Part shown: positions 52,833-62,077 of the stretch, piece by piece
Layout: every line of letters starts with the position of its first letter
Position numbering within the stretch: the first letter of the stretch is position 1
Origin: Myxococcota bacterium
GTDB taxonomy: Bacteria; Myxococcota_A; UBA9160; UBA6930
Assembly: GCA_965223415.1 (NCBI GenBank)
Contig: OZ245002.1
Location: forward strand, 160,001-224,000
Length of the DNA: 64,000 nucleotides
Reading direction: 5' to 3'
Position numbers and translations under genes: made by a program
Notes under the pieces: model-generated
Databases searched by the model: none
What the model saw: only the letters and a program-made list of their open reading frames with translations
Told to the model about the DNA's origin: nothing

Positions 52833-54970
52833 TCCAGTCCTACCGCACCGGCGAGATGAAGGTGGAGGACGTGCCGCCGCCGGTGGCGCAGCCGGGCGGC
52901 GTGCTCGTGCGGACGGTGCGCTCCCTCGTCTCCGCCGGCACCGAGAAGATGGTCGTCGACCTCGCCCGCAAGGGCCTGCTCGGAAAGGCGCGGGCCCGCC
53001 CCGACCTGGTGCGCAAGGTACTCAACACCGCGCGTAAGCAGGGCGTGATGAACACGCTCAAGAAGGTGCAGTCCAAGCTCGATACGCCGATCCCGCTCGG
53101 CTACTCGGCGGCGGGCGTGGTGGTCGAGCTCGGCGACGAGCACACCGGCTTCAAGGTCGGCGACCGCGTGGCCTGCGCCGGAGCCGGCTACGCCAATCAC
53201 GCCGACTACAACTTCGTGCCCCGCAACCTGGTGGCGCGCATCCCCGACGGCGTCTCGATGGAGACGGCCAGCTTCGCGACCGTGGGCTCGATCGCGTTGC
53301 AGGGCGTGCGCCAGACCGATCCGACCCTGGGCGACCGGGTGGCCGTGCTCGGCCTCGGACTGATCGGCCAGATCACGGTGCAGCTCCTGCGCGCCAACGG
53401 CTGTCGCGTGCTCGGCTTCGATCCGGACCCGGAGCGCGCCGCCCTGGCGAAGCGCATGGGCGCCCACGAGGCGGTCTCCGGCGAGCTCGAGGAGGCGGCC
53501 CGGCGCTTCACGGACGGCGACGGGATCGACGCCGTGATCGTCGCCGCCTCGACCCCCAGTGCGGGCCCCCTCGAGCAGGCCGGTGAGATCGCGCGCCTGC
53601 GCGGCCGCATCGTGGTGGTGGGCCTCGTCGGCATGGAGGTGCCGCGCTCGCTCTACTACCGCAAGGAGCTCGACCTTCGCATGTCGATGTCCTACGGCCC
53701 CGGCCGCTACGACGCCGACTACGAGGAGCGGGGCATCGACTACCCGCTGCCCTACGTGCGCTGGACCGAGCAGCGCAACCTCCAGGCCTTCCTCGAGCTG
53801 GCGGCCGACGGGCGCCTCGACTGCGAAGCCCTGGTCACCCACCGCTTCTCGATCGCCGACGCCCTCGACGCCTACGGCCTGGTGACGAAGGGAGAGGAGC
53901 CCTTCCTGGGCGTGGTGCTCGGCTACGAGGCGGACGACGAGGCGGTCGCGACGGCGCCGACCCGGGTCGAGCTCTCCCGCAAGGCCATCGCCGGCGAGAA
54001 GGTGGGCGTCGGCCTGATCGGCGCGGGCAGCTTCGGCCAGGGCGTGCTGCTGCCGGCGATCCAGGCGAGTGGCCTGGCCGAGCCGGTGGCCATCGCGACC
54101 GGCGGCGGCATGACCGCGCGCCGACTGGGCGAGCAGTACGGCTTCCGCCGCGCCACCTCCGACGCCTCCCAGGTGATCGGCGACAGCGACGTCGACGCGG
54201 TCTTCGTGCTGACCCGCCATCATCTCCACGCCCCCCTCGCCGGCCAGGCGCTGCGCGCCGGCAAGAGCGCCTTCACCGAGAAGCCCCTCGCGATGTCCGC
54301 CGAGGAGCTCGAGGAGCTGGCCAAGGCCCGCCAGGAGGCCGGTGGCCCCGACGTGATGGTCGGCTTCAACCGCCGCTTCGCGCCGCTGGTCGGCGAGATC
54401 CGCGAGCACTTCGACGGGCGCGCCGAGCCGCTGGTGATGCACTACCGCGTGAACGCGGGATTCATCGAGGACGGCCACTGGACCCAGGATCCGTTGGAGG
54501 GCGGCGGGCGCATCCTCGGCGAGGGCTGCCACTTCCTCGACCTGATGCACTCCCTCGCCGGCGCGCCGCCGGTGCGGGTCTTCGCCGAGAGCATTCCGGG
54601 CGGCGGCCGCTTCCGGGCCGACGACAACGTCGTCGTCACCACCCGCTTCGCCGACGGCTCCGTGGGCACGCTCCTCTACACGGCCATGGGCGACCCGCGC
54701 CTCGCGAAGGAATCCCTCGAGGTCTTCGGCGAGGGCAAGGTGGCGTTGCTCGACGACTACCGCGCGCTGCGCCTGCTCGGCGGCGGCCAGGAGAGGAAGT
54801 CCCGCTCGGCGAACCAGGACAAGGGCTTCGACGCCGAGATCCGGGGCTTCCTCGCCGCGGTGGCGAGCGGCGACCCGTTCCCCGTCCCCTTCGACGAGGC
54901 GGTGGCCACGACCCGCGTCACCCTGGGCGCGATCGAGTCGCTGCGCACGGGCCAGCCCCAGGACCTCTGA
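52820..54970 (+). CDS. Bi-domain oxidoreductase (Zn-ADH-like plus Gfo/Idh/MocA)
   Basis: ATG at 52820. SLVSAGTE, GLGLIG, SYGPGRYD, RWTEQRN, GAGSFG, EKP, VGFNRRF, GEGCHFLD. Confidence 0.9.
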   Translation: MRQLIQSYRTGEMKVEDVPPPVAQPGGVLVRTVRSLVSAGTEKMVVDLARKGLLGKARARPDLVRKVLNTARKQGVMNTLKKVQSKLDTPIPLGYSAAGVVVELGDEHTGFKVGDRVACAGAGYANHADYNFVPRNLVARIPDGVSMETASFATVGSIALQGVRQTDPTLGDRVAVLGLGLIGQITVQLLRANGCRVLGFDPDPERAALAKRMGAHEAVSGELEEAARRFTDGDGIDAVIVAASTPSAGPLEQAGEIARLRGRIVVVGLVGMEVPRSLYYRKELDLRMSMSYGPGRYDADYEERGIDYPLPYVRWTEQRNLQAFLELAADGRLDCEALVTHRFSIADALDAYGLVTKGEEPFLGVVLGYEADDEAVATAPTRVELSRKAIAGEKVGVGLIGAGSFGQGVLLPAIQASGLAEPVAIATGGGMTARRLGEQYGFRRATSDASQVIGDSDVDAVFVLTRHHLHAPLAGQALRAGKSAFTEKPLAMSAEELEELAKARQEAGGPDVMVGFNRRFAPLVGEIREHFDGRAEPLVMHYRVNAGFIEDGHWTQDPLEGGGRILGEGCHFLDLMHSLAGAPPVRVFAESIPGGGRFRADDNVVVTTRFADGSVGTLLYTAMGDPRLAKESLEVFGEGKVALLDDYRALRLLGGGQERKSRSANQDKGFDAEIRGFLAAVASGDPFPVPFDEAVATTRVTLGAIESLRTGQPQDL

Positions 54971-54972
54971 CC

Positions 54973-56358
54973 ATGGCGAACTCCTGGCGACAGACGCTCT
55001 ACGACCTGCTGCCCACACCGCTCCAGCACGCGGTGGTGGTGGCGGAGGGTTGGCGCACCTACCGCGCGCGTTTCGGCGCCCCCTACCACAGCGCGCTGAC
55101 CGAGCTGCGGCGAACCGACTTCGCCTCGCCGGAAGCGGTACGCGACGACCAGGAGCGCCGGCTCCGCGAGGCCGTGCACTGGGCAGCGACGACAGTCCCC
55201 TACTACCGGGACCTCTTCCGCAAGGAAGGAATCGAGCCGGATTCGATCCGGACCGTCGACGACCTGGCGCGCGTGCCGATCCTGGAAAAGGAGACCGTCC
55301 GCTCGCGCACGATCGACTTCCGCAGCGAGGAGATCCCGAGCCGCGACATCATCCCCGGCCACACGAGCGGCACGACCGGCACCGCGATGGCGCTCTTCCA
55401 CACGCGAGAGGCGTTCGGCTGGGAGTACGCGGTGATCTGGCGACAGCGGGGCTGGTACGGCATCCGGCTGGGCGACCGCTTCGCCGGCTTCGGTGGGCAG
55501 CTCGTGGTTCCCGTATCGAAAAGCACCCCTCCCTTCTGGCGCTACGACCGGGCGCGTCGGCGGATGCTCTTCTCCCTCTACCACATGGGTTCGGAGCACC
55601 TGCCCGCCTACGTCGAAGCCCTGCGGCGCGGCTATCGCTTCTGGCAGGGCTACCCCTCGTCGATCGGCATCATCGCCCAGTACCTGCTCGAGACCGGCAC
55701 GGACCTGGGGCCGGCGGCGCCCCACGCGATCTTCACCTCGTCGGAAACGCTCTTCGAGTACCAGCGAAAGCGCATCGGGGACTCCACGGGCGCCCTGGTC
55801 GCCGATCGCTACGGCAACTCGGAGCTGGCGGTCTCGGCGCTACAGTGTCCGGACGGCAGCTACCACGTCGACACGGAGTTCGGCGTGGTCGAGATCGACG
55901 CCCATGAGCGGGGCGAGGGCTGGATCCGGGGCGAGGTGATCGCCACCGGCTTCGCCAACCGGGCCATGCCCTTCCTCCGCTACCGGACCGGGGACATCGC
56001 GACCCTGCGCGAGGGCCGCGACTGCCCCTGTGGCCGAAGCCGCCCGATCCTCGAGAGCATCGACGGCCGCATCGAGGACCACGTGGTCACGCCCGACGGG
56101 CGGCGCCTCGGACGCCTCGACCACGTCTTCAAGGACACCTTGCAGATCCGTGAAGCACAGCTCTACCAGCCGAGCCCTGAGCGGTTGGTGGTGCGCATCG
56201 TGCCGCGCCCGGGCTACGGCGATCGCGACCAGGACTACCTGGAACGGGAGCTGCGCTCCCGCCTCGGCAGGGACATCCTGATCCACTACGAACAGGTCGA
56301 GTCCATCCCGCGCTCGGCCAACGGCAAGTTCCGGGCCGTGATCTCGGACGTTCTCTAG
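54973..56358 (+). CDS. Phenylacetate-CoA-ligase-like (CapK family) adenylate-forming protein
   Basis: TSGTTG, GYPS, YGNSE, MPFLRYRTGD, CPCGR, IDGR, NGKFR. Confidence 0.88.
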   Translation: MANSWRQTLYDLLPTPLQHAVVVAEGWRTYRARFGAPYHSALTELRRTDFASPEAVRDDQERRLREAVHWAATTVPYYRDLFRKEGIEPDSIRTVDDLARVPILEKETVRSRTIDFRSEEIPSRDIIPGHTSGTTGTAMALFHTREAFGWEYAVIWRQRGWYGIRLGDRFAGFGGQLVVPVSKSTPPFWRYDRARRRMLFSLYHMGSEHLPAYVEALRRGYRFWQGYPSSIGIIAQYLLETGTDLGPAAPHAIFTSSETLFEYQRKRIGDSTGALVADRYGNSELAVSALQCPDGSYHVDTEFGVVEIDAHERGEGWIRGEVIATGFANRAMPFLRYRTGDIATLREGRDCPCGRSRPILESIDGRIEDHVVTPDGRRLGRLDHVFKDTLQIREAQLYQPSPERLVVRIVPRPGYGDRDQDYLERELRSRLGRDILIHYEQVESIPRSANGKFRAVISDVL

Positions 56359-56364
56359 CGGCAC

Positions 56365-57624
56365 ATGGACGACGCGCCTCTCGACATCCTCGTGGTGAGC
56401 CAGTTCTTCACTCCCGAGATGGGCGCGCCCGCGGCACGCTTCCACGACTTCGGGCGCCTGCTCCTCGAGCGCGGCCATCGCATGACCGTGCTGACGGGCT
56501 TCCCGAACTTCCCCTCGAGCGTGGTTCACGAGGGGTTTCGCGGCCGGCTCCGCATGCGGGAGACGATCGACGGCATCGATGTGCGACGCGGTTGGATCTA
56601 TGCCTCGCCGAAACGCCCGACCATCAGCAAGAGCCTCGGCTACGCGTCGTTCGCGGCCTCCGCGTCGATGCAGGCCCTGTTCGGCGGCCTGCACGCCGAC
56701 GTGGTCGTCGCCACATCGCCACCGCCGACCGTCGCGATCCCGGGCGTGGTCGCATCACGTTGGCTCCGGGCGCCGCTGGTCTTCGACGTCAGGGACATCT
56801 GGCCCGAGGCGGTGGTGGAGAGCGGGCGATTGGAACGCGGATTCGTCGTACGGTCCCTGGAAGCGGTGGAGCGCGCCGTGTACCGGGCGTCCGCCGCGGT
56901 GACCGTGGTAACCGAGGGCAAGCGCGTACGCCTCATGGAGAAGGGCGTGCCCGAGGAGAAGCTCGCCGTGATCCCCAACGGCGTCGACCTGTCCCGCTTC
57001 GACGAGGAGGTGGCGGTGGATGCGCTTCTCGCGGAAGCGGGCGTGGACCGGGGGCGCTTCCTGGTGATCTATGCGGGGATCTTCGGTCCGTCCCAAGGCC
57101 TCGACGTGCTCTTCGACGCCGCCGCACGAATCCGCGCCGAACATCCCGATCGCGCCTCGAAGCTCCAGTTCGTGCTCGTAGGGAGTGGTGTCGAGCGGCC
57201 GCGCCTCGAGGAACGTCGCAGGGAGGAAGGGCTCGAGGACCTGATCCGCCTCGTGCCGGAGCAGCCGCGGGAGGTGATCCCTTCCCTCCTGCGGGCAGCC
57301 CACGCCGTCGCCGTGACCCTGCGGCCGCGCCGCGACACGCACACGGTCCCCTCGAAGATCTACGAGAGCATGGCCAGTGAGCGCCCGGTACTGGTCTCCG
57401 CGAACGGTGCTCCCAGGGAGATCCTGGAGGAGAGCGGCGCCGGCTTCGGAAGCGCCGCGAGCGATGCCGAAGCCCTTGCGGCCCATGTGCTGCGCCTCCA
57501 GGGCGATCCGGAGGCCTGCCGGAGTTTCGGCCAGAAGGGCCGCGCCTACGCCCAGGACTACGATCGCCGCCGGCTCGTCGAATCGTTCGAAGCGGTCCTT
57601 CGCGGGGTCACGGGCCTTCGCTGA
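56365..57624 (+). CDS. Family 4 glycosyltransferase (WbuB-like)
   Basis: QFFTPE, ATSPP, RDIWPE, IPNGVD, PSKIYESMA. Confidence 0.9.
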   Translation: MDDAPLDILVVSQFFTPEMGAPAARFHDFGRLLLERGHRMTVLTGFPNFPSSVVHEGFRGRLRMRETIDGIDVRRGWIYASPKRPTISKSLGYASFAASASMQALFGGLHADVVVATSPPPTVAIPGVVASRWLRAPLVFDVRDIWPEAVVESGRLERGFVVRSLEAVERAVYRASAAVTVVTEGKRVRLMEKGVPEEKLAVIPNGVDLSRFDEEVAVDALLAEAGVDRGRFLVIYAGIFGPSQGLDVLFDAAARIRAEHPDRASKLQFVLVGSGVERPRLEERRREEGLEDLIRLVPEQPREVIPSLLRAAHAVAVTLRPRRDTHTVPSKIYESMASERPVLVSANGAPREILEESGAGFGSAASDAEALAAHVLRLQGDPEACRSFGQKGRAYAQDYDRRRLVESFEAVLRGVTGLR

Positions 57625-57631
57625 CCGGCCG

Positions 57632-58783
57632 TCAACCGCGCTTCAGCTTGTCCGCCCGAACCTGCGGCGAGAGGAGCTTGCGCAGGCCGCCGAGTCCGAG
57701 GGAGAGGAAGGGCCCGGGATCGCGCAGCGAGAGCACCTGGTAGCACAGGTCCTGGCCGAAGAACCGGAACCAGCTCGGCTCGGCGCGGAAGCGATCCTCG
57801 GAGTACAGGAACCAGAGGATGTCCAGCGGGATGTACCTCATCGTCACGCCGGCCCGGTAGTCGAGGTACGAGGGCAGGGACTCGCCAGCGTAGAAGTGCG
57901 TGATCAGATCGGCGAAGTCGACGCCTGCCTCGAAGGCGATCTTCACGCTTCCGGTCACGCGCGGATTCACCTCCATCACCTTTGCGGTCCCGTCGCGGGG
58001 GTCCTGGATCAGATCGAGGTCCGCGTAGCCCTCCCAGCCCATCACGTCCAGGAGCCGACGTCCGGTCTCGACGATGTCCGGGCGCAGGACGGTCTGGTTG
58101 ATCGAGCTCGTACCTCCCGTCACTGGGAAGTAGCGGAGCTTGTTGAAGACCACCGCTGCTTGCAGCTCGCCCTCTCGGTCGCGGAAGAACTCGGCCTTGT
58201 ACTGGAGGTCGTCCTGGGGCACGAGCTCCTGCACGATGCAGGGCCCGAAGCGCGTCTCGGCCGAGGCGAGGGTCGCCGCCAGCGCGTCCGGACCGTCCAC
58301 CCTCTCGATTCCGGCGGCACCGTGGGCGACGCGCGGCTTGACCAGCGCGGGATAGACGACGTCTTCGAGAGGCCCGTCCTCCGGAAACCAGGTGCGCGGG
58401 CAGGGAACATCGTGCTCCTGACACAGGCGCATGGTCTCCGCCTTGTCCCGCGCCTTCTCGAACACCCGGAAGTCGACGATTGCGGCCCGTGCGTGGCGCT
58501 CGACCTCCGCCTTGTGACGGCTCACCACGTCGGCGCTCAGATCGAAGAGCGGCAACACCAGCTCGTAGCGGCCGCCTTCCAGCTCCCGGAGCAGCGCCTC
58601 GAGAAACGCCTGGGGCTCCCGTTCCACCGAGGGCAGCCGGATGCGGCGGTGGGGGTGCCGCGACAGCGCGCCCATCGAGAGCCGGCTCTCGCAGGCGATC
58701 GTGACCACGTGGCCGCCCGCGCGAAGTGCCTTCATGACCGGCAGACACTGGCGGGTGTCGCCGTCGAGGACGAGGACGCGCAC
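57632..58783 (-). CDS. ATP-grasp carboxylate-amine ligase-like protein
   Basis: GTG at 58783. DK..PCPRT, YPALVKP, IVQELVP, RYFPVTGG, MEVNPR. Confidence 0.85.
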   Translation of the reverse strand: MRVLVLDGDTRQCLPVMKALRAGGHVVTIACESRLSMGALSRHPHRRIRLPSVEREPQAFLEALLRELEGGRYELVLPLFDLSADVVSRHKAEVERHARAAIVDFRVFEKARDKAETMRLCQEHDVPCPRTWFPEDGPLEDVVYPALVKPRVAHGAAGIERVDGPDALAATLASAETRFGPCIVQELVPQDDLQYKAEFFRDREGELQAAVVFNKLRYFPVTGGTSSINQTVLRPDIVETGRRLLDVMGWEGYADLDLIQDPRDGTAKVMEVNPRVTGSVKIAFEAGVDFADLITHFYAGESLPSYLDYRAGVTMRYIPLDILWFLYSEDRFRAEPSWFRFFGQDLCYQVLSLRDPGPFLSLGLGGLRKLLSPQVRADKLKRG

Positions 58784-58788
58784 GGATG

Positions 58789-59715
58789 CTAGGCCCCGGG
58801 GCGCGCCAGGGCCGCCACCGGCACCGCCGGCCTCGCGGGCTCCACCGTGTGGACCCGCGTCTCGAGCGCGCCCCGGTTCCCGTCGATCCATGCCTGGGCC
58901 GACGCGAAGGGCCGCTCCGTCACGAGGCGGCGCAGCTTCGCCTCGGTCGAGCGCAAGCCGACGTAGTACTTGAAGCGGCGCAGGAGCGGCAGATCCATGC
59001 GCGGCTGATCGACGTCGATCTCGCGTGGGTGGACGTAGACGTTGGCCGGCCGCCCGGCCCGGTTGTCCAGATAGAGGCCGAGGCGGATCAGTCCGTAAGG
59101 GAAGAGGCGCAGGTAGCCGCCTCCGGCGTACGGCACCTGGAAGCTGCCCAGGCCGAAGGTCGAGATCGGAATCTCGACCAGCTCACCGGCGGGCGTGACC
59201 AGGCGATGGGGCGCACGGAAAGGCGTGGCGACGCCACCGTGGCTCGAGGTGCGGGGCGGCCACACCGAGGAGTCGTATTCGAAGCCTGCGGCAGCGATCT
59301 CGCTCCAAGCCCAGGCAGTCTCGGACGTGATGGAGCCGCCGGGCGCCCGGTAGCCGCGGATGGGCCCACCGATGGCATCCTCGAGAACGGCCTTGGAGCG
59401 GCGCAGATCCTCGGCGAATGCCTCGCGCCCGAGCCGGCCCACGACCTCGTGGCCGTAGGAGTGCGAAGCCACCTCGTGCCCGGCCTCGGCAATGCGTCGG
59501 ACGAGCCCAGGGGACCGCTCCGCCACCCAGCCGACGACGAAAAACGTGGCGCCGACCCCCGCGGTCTCAAACATCTCCAGGAGGACGTCGGTGTTGCGCT
59601 CGACCCTCGGCTCGAGGGTCGCCCAGTCCTCCCGCCGGTAGCCTCCGTCGACTTCGAGGATGTGGAACCAATCCTCGACGTCGACGGTCAGGATGTTCGT
59701 GGTGGCTTCGCCCAT
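58789..59715 (-). CDS. Polysaccharide deacetylase (DUF3473, exosortase-locus type)
   Basis: TVDVEDWF, ATFFVVG, HEVASHSYGH, GYRAP, YDSS, GGGYLR, YVHPREID. Confidence 0.9.
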   Translation of the reverse strand: MGEATTNILTVDVEDWFHILEVDGGYRREDWATLEPRVERNTDVLLEMFETAGVGATFFVVGWVAERSPGLVRRIAEAGHEVASHSYGHEVVGRLGREAFAEDLRRSKAVLEDAIGGPIRGYRAPGGSITSETAWAWSEIAAAGFEYDSSVWPPRTSSHGGVATPFRAPHRLVTPAGELVEIPISTFGLGSFQVPYAGGGYLRLFPYGLIRLGLYLDNRAGRPANVYVHPREIDVDQPRMDLPLLRRFKYYVGLRSTEAKLRRLVTERPFASAQAWIDGNRGALETRVHTVEPARPAVPVAALARPGA

Positions 59716-59741
59716 GGCCCCCGGCTCTTCGGCAACCGGAT

Positions 59742-59750
59742 AGCATAGCA
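59742..59750 (-). promoter_or_regulatory. Candidate extended -10 element (TGCTATGCT) for the deacetylase gene
   Basis: TGnTAnnnT match 27 nt upstream of the ATG at 59715. Confidence 0.5.
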
Positions 59751-59890
59751 GCATCGGGGAGCCGGAGGGGTGGCCTCGGAAACCTGCAGATGGCCCCGGA
59801 AGCCTGCGCCGGCTCTTGCGAACTCCGGCGAGGGCGAAGCGAAGGCCGGACAGGTGGCGCACCACCTACCGAGCGGCGACCCTGGGAGCC

Positions 59891-60784
59891 TTGAACGACC
59901 TCGAGTGCGTCAACATCCCGTGCGACCTGTGCGGAACACCGGGTCCCGCATTCCTGCTGGAAGAGAAGGGCTACACCGTGTGTCAGTGCACCCGGTGCAG
60001 GCTCGTCTTCGTAAACCCGCAACCGCAGCGGGCCCTGGGCGAGGACGCCGGGCACTTCGCCGACGAGGATTGGTTCGACGTCGCCGAGCGCACGGCCCGG
60101 GAGTCGGCGCCCATCTGGGACGACGGCCTCCAGCGTCTGGCCGAACGCGCCGACGGGCCGGGGCGGCTCCTGGACGTCGGCTGCGGTCATGGCTTCTTCC
60201 TCCAACGAGCCCGAGAACGCGGCTGGGCGGTCGAGGGCATCGACGTCTCGGCCGAGGCCCTGACCTACGCCAGAGGCAGCCTCGGCCTGGAAGCTCTCCA
60301 GCAGTGCGACTTCCTCCAGGCCGCCTACCCGGACGGCCACTTCGACGCCGTGACCCTCTGGAACTCTCTCGAGCACGTCCCTTCGCCCTCGGCCACCCTC
60401 GACAAGGCGCTGCGAGTGCTGCGCCCGGGCGGCGTGCTGATGGTGCGAGTTCCGAACATGGACTTCTCCCGCCTGATCTGGCCGCTCCGCTGGCTGATCC
60501 GCCGGATGGGTCTCGACCTCTCCTACCTCGCGTCGCCGCCCCCTCACCACCTGTACGGCTTCGACCCGCGAACCCTGGGCCGGCTCTTCGAGGCCCAGGG
60601 CTTCGAGATCGAGAGCGTGGTGCCGGCCGGCGCGAAGGTGGGGCACTACTGGCGGATGAACTGGCGGCTCGGAGCGGCAGCGACCCTGAGTGCGGGGCTG
60701 ACGAACGGCCTCTACGGCCTGACTGGGGGCCGCCTCAACATCGCGGCGACGATCTACGCGTTCGGGCGCCGACCCGCAGCCTGA
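59891..60784 (+). CDS. Class I SAM-dependent methyltransferase with an N-terminal CxxC..CxxC
   Basis: CDLC, CTRC, LLDVGCGHG, FDAVT..LEHV, LRPGG. TTG start after GGGAG; alternative start 59816. Confidence 0.88.
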   Translation: MNDLECVNIPCDLCGTPGPAFLLEEKGYTVCQCTRCRLVFVNPQPQRALGEDAGHFADEDWFDVAERTARESAPIWDDGLQRLAERADGPGRLLDVGCGHGFFLQRARERGWAVEGIDVSAEALTYARGSLGLEALQQCDFLQAAYPDGHFDAVTLWNSLEHVPSPSATLDKALRVLRPGGVLMVRVPNMDFSRLIWPLRWLIRRMGLDLSYLASPPPHHLYGFDPRTLGRLFEAQGFEIESVVPAGAKVGHYWRMNWRLGAAATLSAGLTNGLYGLTGGRLNIAATIYAFGRRPAA

Positions 60785-61854
60785 CCCGCGGGCGTTGGTG
60801 CCGGTTCGTCATCCAGAGCTGCAGTGCGCCCTCGGCCGTCGAGCCCCTTGATGGCCTGACCGCTCCAGGCAATGTGGTCGCGACCCGAGCGGCCGGATGG
60901 CAGCACGATCGATCCGAACTGGAAGTAGTGCGCGTTCCAGCCGTCCTTCTCCGCACGGTAGGCACGCTTCCAGCGGGCCCCATCCCTGGAGACCCACAGC
61001 TCACACCAGCTCGAGCGGTTCACCGACGACGGCTCCACGCTGGTCGAGATGGCATAGACGTCGCCGAAACGGCAGCCGTAGATGCAGCTCCCGGGGAGCT
61101 CCTGATGGCGTTCGAGCCGACCCGTCTCCTTGTCGAGGCTGAGCACGGCGTTGGGTTCCACTTCGGTGTCGGTCCCATAGACGAGCCGATCCCCGAAGTC
61201 GAAGACCTCGACGACGCGAAAGCTCTGCTGCCCCGTCACCAACCACTCGAAGCGCTCGAAGTCCGCCGAGAGCATTCCGATGCCGGCTTGGGGACCGTGA
61301 TCACCAGCCAGCACCCAGTAGTGCCCGCGCCCTTCGTCGAACACCACGTTGTGCACGTGCCCGACACGACCCGGCGCGAACTCGTGCACCACCTCGAAGT
61401 GGGCGCCGGCGTCGTCGGAGCCGAAGATCCGGATCGGGCGGCCCGGTTGGATCACGCCCAGGTATTCGCCCCACACGACGTCGCCGCCGCGCCCGACCTG
61501 GATGCGCATCGGCGGGGCGGCCTCGAGGGAGCCGGCATCCACCTCGGAAGCCCGCATGGCGGGCTCTCCGGGTCGACCGTGGTACACACCCTGGCGACTG
61601 GCGGCGACGAGCCCGCCGTCGGGAGCACGGTTCATGGCGCGGATCTCGTGGCGCAGGAGCCGCGAGGCCAGGCGGGAGAGGCGCGCCGCGCGCCGGATGC
61701 CGCGCGTCGGGATCTCCGCGATTCGCTCCCAGGTCGCCCCGTCGTCGAGGGAGCGGTGGATGACGGTGTGCCGCCCCACGTAGAGACTCCCGTCGGGCTG
61801 GGCGAGGACCACCCGGCCCGGGAACTGGTTCAGGATCTGAAGCGGCTGGTCCAT
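60754..61854 (-). CDS. BNR/Asp-box beta-propeller protein (glycoside-hydrolase-like)
   Basis: SLDDGATW, SDDAGAHF and SRDGARW Asp-boxes; WGEY, HVH, GD, GTD. Its 3' end overlaps the convergent methyltransferase. Confidence 0.7.
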   Translation of the reverse strand: MDQPLQILNQFPGRVVLAQPDGSLYVGRHTVIHRSLDDGATWERIAEIPTRGIRRAARLSRLASRLLRHEIRAMNRAPDGGLVAASRQGVYHGRPGEPAMRASEVDAGSLEAAPPMRIQVGRGGDVVWGEYLGVIQPGRPIRIFGSDDAGAHFEVVHEFAPGRVGHVHNVVFDEGRGHYWVLAGDHGPQAGIGMLSADFERFEWLVTGQQSFRVVEVFDFGDRLVYGTDTEVEPNAVLSLDKETGRLERHQELPGSCIYGCRFGDVYAISTSVEPSSVNRSSWCELWVSRDGARWKRAYRAEKDGWNAHYFQFGSIVLPSGRSGRDHIAWSGQAIKGLDGRGRTAALDDEPAPTPAGQAAGRRPNA

Positions 61855-61875
61855 GGACTCCGGCGTGGCGGGCGA

Positions 61876-61884
61876 AATCTAGCA
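61876..61884 (-). promoter_or_regulatory. Candidate extended -10 element (TGCTAGATT)
   Basis: TGnTAnnnT match 22 nt upstream of the ATG at 61854. Confidence 0.45.
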
Positions 61885-62077
61885 GCACTGGAGCTCCTGG
61901 CGCCCTCGTCCACGGTGCCGGTCACGGCGCGTGCTGCGTCCGTGCGATAACCTGATTGGTTCGCGAGATTCCGATGCGGCGGGCCGCAGGGGCTCCGCCG
62001 GTGCCCGCGAACCGGATTCCGATTGGCGTCTGGGAGACGAGGCGGAAGTGGGATCGACGGCCGAGACATCCGAGGAT

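Noticed and set aside
49313..54970. 1885-aa ORF in the track, suggesting a giant protein
   Set aside because: The first ~1170 codons are an off-frame shadow of the carbamoyltransferase and DUF362 genes. The real gene starts at 52820.
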